Origin: Catajapyx aquilonaris | Lineage: Eukaryota | Direction of reading: 5' to 3' | Length of the DNA: 64,000 nucleotides | Assembly: GCA_000934665.2 (NCBI GenBank) | Contig: KZ539491.1 | Span: forward strand, 1-64,000 | Part shown: positions 53,745 to 64,000 of the stretch, in pieces | Position numbering within the stretch: position 1 is the stretch's first letter | Layout: each line of letters begins with the position of its first letter | Notes under the pieces: generated by a model | The model's input: the letters and a program-made list of their open reading frames with translations, nothing else | The model's database searches: none | What the model was told of the DNA's origin: nothing | Position numbers and translations under genes: made by a program

Positions 53745-56180
53745 CAGTGTTCAACAAGTGTGAGTACTGCTACACTCTCAGCTAATTTTCATTTAGATAA
53801 TGGAAAAAAAAATCCATTTAAATTGGAGGAGTTGAAAGAGCCAGCAATTTTTGCATTAACATTTTGTGCGAAATAATTGCAAATATTTAATTTGAAAATG
53901 AGCTTAATGAAGCAACCCGTTGGAGCTGTAGCTGTTGTTGCTTCTCTTTAAACTTCCAGAGTGAACCATTCACAACTTATTGACCTACCTCCCTGGACTG
54001 GGCACTTGATGGGCAATGCACCGCGACGCGCTTGACTTTGATGTCAGAGCTAAAGAGGACAAGCTAATGCACTACTGTCACTAAAATACCAGTACATGTA
54101 ACTCGTTGTACTGTATACCAGCCAACTGCAATCCCTTCCAGAAAAGCCGCATTCCAGACATTATGGGACACCAAGTACAATAGGGCTATTGTAACCGGTA
54201 GGCCTATTTGCAAATAATTCATGCCCCATGTAATTGGAGTCCATTGTTTGCAAAATCCGTAACCGTGGCCCACCATTATCGAAACTAATTTTCAGGCATG
54301 TCGCCTTTCTGCCCCTGTTGTTAGACAGTAAATAACATAAACAGCAGTTAAAATTCGAAATCGCAATTATGCACAACCGCCCACCAGAATTAGGCCCCAT
54401 TTTATGCGCGAAATTAATGTTGGCAGCGGCCGTTTTAAACTCATTTTGGTGGCTCCCTCCAGATGCATGTAATTAAAGGATTTATCGATTTGGAGCCCAA
54501 TCCCCAATGCTTTTGAGACCCGGGAAATTTTACACATGATTATACATCGGTACTCCCAAAAAACGACTTGTTTCTGGGTTACATTTGAAGTGTTTGGCGG
54601 CGTCATACAAGCAATTTTAGTGGTCGGTGACTCACCTGTACAAGGGCCACTTGAAGCGGTTTCGTTTACTACGCAATATCCGACCAGTTCGTTTCTAAAA
54701 CGGTAGCCTCCTTCTGATAGTTGGTGACGTAAGTTAGTGTATTTCATAGGTACCGACCTCTTCATTTATAAGTGGATTGCTAATGTGGAAGAATCTGCTA
54801 TGAGCCGGAATTGTGGTGTGTTATAACTGATAAAGTAACGAGGTTTTGATATTTAGTTACTGTGGTTATCGGTTTCACCTTCTGTCGGCTATAGACACGG
54901 TGCTTGACATTTAGTGCTAATTTGATTCACAAATTATACCATTACAGTAAAAAAGGAAGAATAATCATACAGGTAGTTGGATTCTAATGCGAGATGGGCT
55001 CTAAAAAGCAACTTATGTATACAGTGCTTTTGGCGTGCTTCATCATTGCATAATTTACCCGCTGGTAAAGTGTTATAACCCATGACTTTAATGTATCAAG
55101 TTGCAGTCCACACATGATCGGTGCTCGGCCATGCGGTCCATAAAGGGTGGTTGTCGGTCACGTTCGGACCAGAGTGAACAGAACGTTGAGGTTTTTATAG
55201 CTTTATTACAAACTAAGTAATCTCATGATGTGGAATAGCGGAATTTAAATCTCAACAAATGTGCAGTTACTTAGCCTACTGGTCTCTTGATCCCAGTTCT
55301 TTCACTCCAAAACGCAGATAGAGTGTCGTCTTTCTCGCTCTTTGTCTTGAGATAGTGTGCAAATATATTCTTCTTTGTGGAGTCACAGCTGCACTTTAGT
55401 CTTGTCAGCTCTTAATTTCACAAGCTAATTGTTCATTGCCCGTTTCAGAAGCTTTTGCTTCATGTTTGGCAACTTATATTACGTCCGCCTCTCGTTGTGT
55501 GTCGCAATTCTCCTTGCGTTTACTATTTTTCATTGTTCTTTTTTTGATGCCATTTCTTTCTGAAACAGACGTAATTACTCTACAAGTCCCAAACTTAATT
55601 AACAAGGATAAGTGAATATCAGTGCATGATAATGATCGGGACAAAAACATGACATCAGAAGATGATCTTTCCTCAATCCTATATATGTGGCCTGTAAAAC
55701 CCACGACAGAACCTCGAACAGAACAAAGATGTACACAATTGCAACTTGCTCTTCCAACTTTCCATGGGCAGGTACAAAACCGGTGCAAATCAAGGCACAT
55801 ATCTCCATGGCCCCTACTGGTTAAACTTTTTGCTCCCACGTGTATAGGGTACTCAATTACTGCACATGTTCATTCCACCACTGCCCAACAGTGTCGCTAA
55901 TTTTTTCACACATCCCCCACACACGAAAATCGGGACTATCATGTTATCCCTACGGGTCCATGTTCCCAAACCTGTCTACTTTCAGGTAATAATTTTGTAC
56001 CCCGCCGGTCAAGCCCCCAGTGTTTAGGCTAATAATGTTAAACTACGAGTAGCCATATGCACTGAACTTCTGCTGCCCTCTTACGGAGGCGTCTCATTTG
56101 GCACAATTCGCGCCAAATCCATATTGACAATGTAGCTCATATGACCAATGTGATGACATACTGTATATGGCCAGTTATAT

Positions 56181-56264
56181 CTAACCACCTTTCTCTCTTC
56201 TTCCAGGTACGTGAATCCAGTTCCGTATCCGCACAAAGGTAATCTTCCGGGCATATACGTAAGT
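56181..56264 (+). other. Candidate recursive splice site with short cryptic exon
   Basis: Branch-point-like CTAAC (56181-56185), a pyrimidine tract, then TTCCAG|GTACGT (AG at 56205-56206). Downstream donors are AAG|GTAATC (56239) and TAC|GTAAGT (56259). Confidence 0.55.
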
Positions 56265-57245
56265 TACGCTGGTGTGCTATTCTCGTCAGCTGACTGGGGC
56301 AATTACGTAGCACTTGAGACCCACTCTTGTCCTTCAGTCCGCGGCAGGCAGGCGGGTGAATGGGGGTCTTAAATGTGTCGTAAGCAGCTTGTTTGCAAAC
56401 ATCCTATGCAATCCCCTTTTTGCCCGAGTGCGTGACCTCGATATGTAAAATTTGGCATCCACTTCCAGAAATAGTAGGAGGGGGCCAGTGGCATGTGCCA
56501 TACTAAAAATACATGCATCGGGGAGCCCCCCCCCCCCCCCCCCCCCCCNCGCCCACTCTACCCACCCCCATTTTCGTCCGGGCAAAATGAAGAATATATT
56601 GCTGCCTGCTGCAGGCACCAGGCAGAAATATTCGACAGCGCCATGTTTGATTTCCACGAATGAAATGTGAACGCTTTTTACCTCCATCCAGTTATTTCAT
56701 AGCACGCTCTTGCAGTAAGTTATGGCTCGCATGTGTCGTTATGGTGATAAATGGAACGCCGGTGCTGTCTGATACGGGTTGGGGCATGAGTTCATATCGG
56801 TGCTTTGCGATGTAAGATGGCATTTTGTAGCACGGTTGGCGGGTGTTCTGGAAATTTTTAGGAATATATTTGTTAATGATTATATTAATATAGATATATT
56901 AAATATTAATATATAGGGGTGTATTGTGGCGGAGGATTGTGAAAGTCATGGTTGAAACATGGGTTTATTAATAGCGGGTCTGCATACTTACGAAATTAAG
57001 GAGAGTCCCAGGAGAGCAGCACGAGGGAGGCCTATTGAAAGGCTTGCAAGGTCATTTTGATTTAGTGCCTGGCGTAATCTGGGTTTTAACAGTAAACATG
57101 TGTTATTCAACCACAGGGGATGACGCCTACAATCTTATGGGGCGAATCTTGTTGACTTAATTAATGCACTTGTGGCAATGAATCACAATTTTTAACATAA
57201 AAATGTAAGCAAATCTGCGGCTAATAATACTACTCTGCAATGATA

Positions 57246-57306
57246 TTGCGGCAAGAGGTTTGGTGGGTGACTTAACCTAACTCAACCATCAAACTCTGTG
57301 CCGCAA
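57246..57306. other. Isolated 61-nt imperfect hairpin
   Basis: TTGCGGCAAGAGGTTTGGTGGGTGA pairs with TCAACCATCAAACTCTGTGCCGCAA (~23 bp) around the loop CTTAACCTAAC. Confidence 0.7.
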
Positions 57307-60189
57307 AAAAGGTTTTACATTTTGCAATATTGGGCGTCAGATGTACACATATGCAAGTATAAGTTTGACGCAGCTGTTGACCTGTGCTGGACACTAGCAC
57401 GTGTACGATGAAATTGGTCATTAATCATTACTGCAACCTCTGGTGAAAAACAGAATTCCCATTCTGTGTTTCATTAGAACAATTCCAACTCGGAAGCATT
57501 TAAATTATTTACAGGAAAACGACTGGCATAATCAGGTGTTTTCACCACCGTTTTCGCATTTACCTCTAGTTTGGTAATATTATACGGACTAGGGCACCAT
57601 GATAATGTGGCAACAAATCCAGAATAAAATTCATTTAATATAGGCAATTGTCACAGTAACATGACTTTTGTATAATACGTAAGCTGTATAAGATTTGTGT
57701 TGTGTAATATTGTAATTTGTATAATATCAATATTGCAATAGTGACATTGGTATTCTAGTGCATGGCTCTATACGAACGATCCATGTCGTCTCAGTAGATC
57801 ACCTCTCCATAAATTAATTTGCAACCCAAATGAGGCCTACTGACCTTGCTGAGCATACCCTTCCTCAGCCCAGAAACAAAATATGACTTCCTCTGACTTG
57901 CCCGTGGGACGATACAAATGCACGAAACCAAACCGACTGACAGCTTTGTCACTCTCAATTTGGTAATGAGGCACATATGACTCGCATCTGTCTGTCCAGG
58001 TGAGGATGAGCCTTGACGATCAGGTTCACCCACATGGCTAATTATTCACCCACAAGTCGCGCACCGGAGCAAACTCAAGGATATACATGTAAGCTAATTG
58101 CTGACAAATCATACATCATCATACACTTCTAACAAGTGAAGACCTGCAATGCCTCAGTTGATCCAAATTGAGTTGGCATTATTAAAGTAATCCCTTATAA
58201 GTACATATAGGTCAATGTAATTTTTAAACATGGCATATCTCGCATTATTCCAATATGACCAGTATGAAATTCATATGTCTACATTTCAGTTCCAAATGTT
58301 GTACAATCCTACAACATCAGATGCCTCGAATGCTTACCCTTAAAGGTCCGGGGCAAAAAAACAAACAATTATACCAGCTTGTACACGCTGCCAGTTTTCG
58401 CAATAGTAAGCATGTTTGCCAACGAAAATTGGCTCCCCCGCCCCCCTTGAAAGCACTTTTCTTCCACTTCTCCTCACTTCTAACTTCATTTAAGGCCCGT
58501 AACAATAGAGGCGGAGAGACGAGGTGGAGGAGGCGAATTGAGAGAAGTATCCCGTGCGCTTTCCTTTTCTCTGGCAGACCTTCAATTTCCATGTAAACGA
58601 AGGATAATGACGTTATTTTCTAGGCCGAACCTGCAAGAATCGTCTGCTAGTACGGATTGAGCCCTAGGGAGAAAGGGTAGAAAAAAAAGGACCGAAGAAA
58701 AAGGGGATAGATGCCGGATAAAAAAAATATATGTGCCATAATCGGTGTCAAGGTTTAGCAAAAGCTGGCTATGGGCCGGAAACCTGGTTAGTTTTTCCTA
58801 CAAGGATGTTGGTCATAAACTCACAGGTTGCCTAACTTTCGCCCCGGTTTCGATTTTTATGCTGTTGTTTAGGACGTTGTATAGGCCAACCGGATTCCGC
58901 ATCTTTCACCCATATGCCGGCTAATATTATCGGGGGGGCCTGATATTTATATTTTTGGCAGCTTGTATGGGGCTGGAGGTATATACGTAGGCCTGAGTGC
59001 GAAAGTGGTTCAGCTAGTTAAGGGTAAGAGTAGAGGGTTTTATGTACCATTTGAAGAGTCGTAATATTCTATATCTAGCTGAGCACAGAGAGTTGTGCGC
59101 AGAAAGATTTCCCTCGGCCCATTTCATGCCTTTTTTGGAAGGGATCTATCGTAGGTTGTTATTAGGGCTAGACTTGTAAACGCTGTCGGTTTAATGTTGG
59201 TGTGTTTTACCATCGTAACCGCTTTTGTTTTCCATACATTAGTGAAGTCCCCTGTGGCGATTTCATAGTCGCAAAAGTGCAAAAATTGAATTAATACAGA
59301 GTTGAACCCTGCAGTCATCACTATTCATTTAAATATCAGTCGTTGCAGACATGTTGCTGATAGTTTTTTTAGACGTCCCAAATGTTCGGCCACATTTCTA
59401 AAAAAAATTCAATGACTGTCAACCCGTGTACACAATTTCATCCACCAACTTTTGTCACATTCGAACTGACATATCGCTATCGAAACATTTAACTTGATTT
59501 CGGCTGCAGTCCGAGCCACACTTCATTAGGCTCTGTGTATCCAGGACATCCAAACTCAATTCCGCATCAAGACTCCCCAACATTTAAGCAAAGTCTGTTT
59601 ACTATACCTCCCAACCTATTCAAGCTACTCCTGATACCAAGAGTAAACAATTTGAAAATAACCCCCCCCCNCCCCTCAGTTAATTTACCCCCGGTAAGGT
59701 ACTCCACCTAAATGCTCATACATAGTTTGGGAAGGCACTTAACCCAACGAAGCATTTGAAAGACCTAACTCTCATTTTTTTTAAACCAACCAACCAGCCT
59801 CCCCACTTCTACACTGGGGGTGGAAAAGGCACGAAGCGTTTCAACTAAGAAATTGAAAACTTGCCCATGACAGGATGAATAGGGCCAGGGCTCTGGGGAG
59901 CTAGTTTTTCGTGTAGTTGCGAGGCCCATGGACTAGCAAAGAGGAGGCCCTTCTGCTTGAAACTTTTCTGTCAGGCTTGTAGTGCAAGGTGAATAGGGAG
60001 GGTGGGGTGGGTGGAGATGGGGGGGAAACAGGAAAACAGCTCTCATCAGCGACGTCCTAACTAGATTTTCTTCTTCGAGGAAATAGTCTGTCTGATGGGA
60101 TCAACCTAGAAAAGCTGCCAGCACTTTTTGGATGGGTTAATTTATTATATCAGGTATGCGCACGGCATCACTACAAACCCGATTGTTAT

Positions 60190-60694
60190 ATTGATTCTAA
60201 ATCGTGGGAATGGGACAGAAAGGTAATTTACAATGGGTTTATTGAGTGTTAATGTTATTTAAACTGTCCGATCGGCTTAATTTATATTAGTCGGATGAAC
60301 AGTTTACGGTCCAGCGTTAATTCGACTGTTTACGCTTCTGACAAAACGGGTGTGTAACAACATAACAATAATAAACGACCTGTTGGGCGATTTATGCTCG
60401 TGACGTGACAACGATTTCTGCAAAAAATAGCGACCAATGGGCGACCTTTTTTTCGGTCCATTTCGTTCCGTTCCCTAACACAGCACACGAACTACAAAGG
60501 GAACTAGGTGCAGTTTCATTTGTCAAAAACTGGTACCGGACCAACAGAGCATGATTGCAAATTGATTGTAAATCCTGGAAATGGGACTGTCGGAAATTTA
60601 CAGTGGTTTTATTGCGTGTTAATGCTATTTAAAATGGTCCAATCAGTTTAATTTATATTGATCACACGAGCAGTTCAGGGTTGATCGTTAATTC
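60190..60694 (+). repeat. Diverged 134-bp direct repeat (60190-60323 and 60561-60694)
   Basis: Collinear alignment by eye at roughly 80% identity, offset 371 bp. Confidence 0.85.
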
Positions 60695-63248
60695 AGTTGG
60701 ACATAGAATTTGAATTGGAGGACACACGTCGCAATCGCCACCCATCAAAGAATACAAATATCGCCCAAAGTTTTGGCAACCAACCCCCCGATTTTTATGC
60801 ATCTAATTTTAACTAACTCTACGCGTGCCACTATAAAACACCAAGTAGGACGTTTATTTTTGTCCCACATATTCACCATTTATTCTAAGACGCCTCATTT
60901 TTGTTGCCGGATCGAAACCTAGGAGGACTACGGGTCCAGGGGGGTGGGGGTGGGGGGTGAGAGAAACGTTGCCTTGAACGCTTGAAGGCGTTATACCTGG
61001 CAGGTCCAAGGATAAGGAATTCCAAAGATCAGTAAGCGTAGTGTAGTGCGTGTGCCTTTTGTCACTTGCTTTTGCGAGTCCGATGGGAATTGGAGCCTTG
61101 CTTTTCAGAAAGCGGCTACAAAGCCTAGGAAAAGCTTCCTTTGAAATTGGATGTGCAGGTGATAAGATCTCGGTTATAGATCACAGCAAACTGAAGAAGA
61201 ATCTGGGAGGGTAGGTGTGACAGGGAGGGGGGCAAGGGATCCAAACACTCTGGACGACCTACCTCTGTCCGTCATAAAATTTCGTCCTTTTTGTCATGTC
61301 GCGACAGAACTCCAGATACAATCTGGCCTTTCTGTTTGGACAAGGCTGTGGAGAAAAATGTGTTGCATATGCTACGGAGTCAGGTATGTACGCGGTTGGG
61401 TTCCATACGCGACGGGGAAAAAAACGACGCGACGCTCCGCGGTTTTCTCCTACAGTACATATTATTGTCGCCATACATGAGAAATCCACCAAGTTCAATT
61501 TTATCAATCTTACTCTATTTCTATCCCTAAGTAGCATTTTAAATGCTCTTGGTGAAGTCCATTCAGCAGGACTGACTCCTACAGAATTCCACCACGTGTT
61601 TCGGAAACCGCGACGTTTATTTCGTCGCGTTTTAAACGCCGTAACAGGAACGTACATGAATCGGATTAGCACGCGAAATTGGGACCATTTTCCATTAGAA
61701 ACTCGACCCTCTTTACGTATGGACATCAGGTTTTGCAATCATCCTAATTGGGTTCCCTTCTTTGAAGGAACCTGCTCTAGAACAGTATCGAGCAGGGGCG
61801 TTCGGGTGGCTGGATGAGGGTGGGTGGGGTTGGAGGCTGAGGAAGAACGAGGTTGTCGTAGTGCAAGTGAGGTTAAGAGCTGCAGAAAGGAACTTAATCA
61901 CGGCGAAATCGTTGCCCTAAAATTTCCTCAGACGACTTGCTTTTAACGTGATGCAGTTCTCGGAGAGTAATTTCATTAAGCCGTCGGCGTCAGATTGAAT
62001 TAGGATACTTGTTCTCAATAATCGGGATTATTTGAAAGTGAGTCTGCCTTTGAGAAAATTTTGCAGGGGAAGGGAAAACGCCTGCAATACCTCACCCAAT
62101 AGGTAGCAGGCCTTGCACGTTGCTCTAATAGCATCGTAGACCTACTTTGGGAGATTCGCAGGGGAGGGTGGGAGGAATGTGCTGCAGGAAGATTTCGAAT
62201 ACAAGGAGCCTGAAATGATGAGTGACAGAAATGTCTCGAATGGAATCAGCTACCAAATTGTAGCCAACTTATACGCCTAATCGCATTCCCAGCTGCTGGA
62301 GTAATATACGTTATTAGGCCCATGCTATCCGGATGATTATGGGAACAAAGAGGTGTCAGAAATATTGACTGGCTCGTAACACCTTGCACATTAGCTTCCC
62401 ATGACATCTTGGCATGCGCCAGTTTAAAAGGTTCATTTTAATAATAGAATGTAAAAATTTTAAGAGCATGTCTGTAAATTGATGGGAAGCTGCATTCCGT
62501 ATTTTGAATGTGCTACCTGACGCAATTTTTGAGAATTTTACGCCGATATTACATCATAAGTGGCATTATGAGAGCGTTTACGAATTGCTATTTACTAGGC
62601 TGAAATTTCTTTAATACCCTGCAGACTGCCTGCAGAAATACTGTAATATTGAATTGCCTAATATAACAAGAGCCGAAACCCTCAGCATAAAAATTGTGGG
62701 GTGTTAGGCCCTATGTAACTTGCTTCACTCAAGATTTTAAAAAATACTGACACCTCACACTTGGAGGAGATATCCCAACATTACGTTACTACATTACGCT
62801 ACATTACACAAGCATACAATATTGTAATTCCATTTTTTTACCTTTGCTTTGTAAGTAGGCCTAATTCATCCCTCAAATGGGGTAATTAAAATAAAATAAA
62901 AATAAATAGGAGGCCTAATTCAGAATCTCCTACAATGCTCTTGAAAATATAAACAAGTAGACCTATAGATCTCCCATGAAAATATTGGACCGTCCTCATT
63001 TAGCTAATGACAAATTAACGTACATGCATAAGTACGGTCCTTAAAGAAATTGAAAAAAAGCGTGGCTGAATGTAATCGTGATGTGACAGGTTGAAACTTC
63101 TTTAGGACAATCCGGACCCGAAGAAAGAGGCTCGAAAAGGTGAGGTTGCCGTGATAAACCCCCTGGTCCCTTTTTGCTTGATTCCTGACAAATCGACGTC
63201 CTTCACTGGGTTCAATCAAGAAAACCTCTTATTTTTTCCCCACTCTTC

Positions 63249-63257
63249 CTCTCTCTC

Positions 63258-63302
<45 letters not shown>

Positions 63303-63303
63303 N

Positions 63304-63333
<30 letters not shown>
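63249..63333 (+). repeat. (CT)n microsatellite
   Basis: About 85 bp of nearly pure (CT)n. Confidence 0.97.
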
Positions 63334-63336
<3 letters not shown>

Positions 63337-64000
63337 TGCTTTCTTTTCATTTTTCCTCTCTTTTCTTGGGATGGCTCCTCCGGGGAAATATTTCTCTGGA
63401 GCGGCATATAGTGCAAGTGGTGATAAATATAGAGTTCGTGAAGCGTACCCGAGAGGCTGGATAGTCATGGTTTTCTTCTAGCACAAGAGTTTCCGCCATT
63501 TTTGGGCAACAATTGTACCGCCTGTTTATTGGCTATCAGTTTAAATCTAGTGTTCCAGAGGCGATTGAATTACAGGGGGAGCTTAACAGGCGGATGCATG
63601 CAAAGCCAATAATGTGAGATGAGAGCCCTCATATCAACTGGATTGAATTTTTGGGGGTAAATGATTTGCTTCGGGTGAGTGTGTATGGCAGCTTGGAAAA
63701 GCCAAGGTGAAGTTTTGTGCCAGGATGCGGGCCAGCGTTAGTTATCGGCTCGTTAAGAAGGCTGGCGGCACTGAGGAAAAATGTGTGCTAAAAGTCTGAG
63801 TCGACTTCATGCTCTAATCCGACACAGCAGCGCATTCCCCGCAGGACTCTAAAAAGGCCTACAGTGCTGAATAACTTTTTGACTTCCTGGTTTAAAAATA
63901 AGCCATGTGTCAAATGTTTCGGTTGCACCACACCACCTCTTGCATATTGCACTCGCAGTAACGATTTTGCCCTTTGACACTCACACTGTGCTACAGTGTC

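Noticed and set aside
43375..60211. Four CGTGGGAA Su(H)/CSL sites
   Set aside because: They are scattered and unpaired, and the count is not clearly above chance.
61259..61817. 173-aa and 159-aa antiparallel ORFs
   Set aside because: No family resemblance and no convincing splice signals.
63401..63460. A-box-like TAGTGCAAGTGG
   Set aside because: No B-box or cloverleaf follows.

Overview
This is eukaryotic (animal, probably invertebrate) non-coding DNA: most likely part of a very long intron or a regulatory gene desert. None of the six-frame ORFs resembles a protein family I can recognise, and I call no intact CDS, rRNA, true tRNA or CRISPR array. The well-supported content is repeats and mobile elements. 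These are five copies of a ~145-bp hairpin MITE inserted at GTAC, two tRNA-derived SINEs with target-site duplications (TSDs) and divergent 3' stem-loop tails, a 46-bp retro-insertion with a perfect 17-bp TSD, and three other MITEs. One of those MITEs is nested inside a CACTA-like element. There is also a foldback-type tandem-repeat arm, an old 134-bp direct duplication and two GA/CT microsatellites. The most interesting non-repeat signal is two + strand sites (7960/7961 and 56206/56207) where a strong 3' splice site is directly followed by a 5' splice-site consensus, each with a short downstream cryptic exon. This is the signature of recursive splicing in a giant intron. I found no evidence of a novel multi-gene system. 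All family assignments are by eye and need database confirmation.
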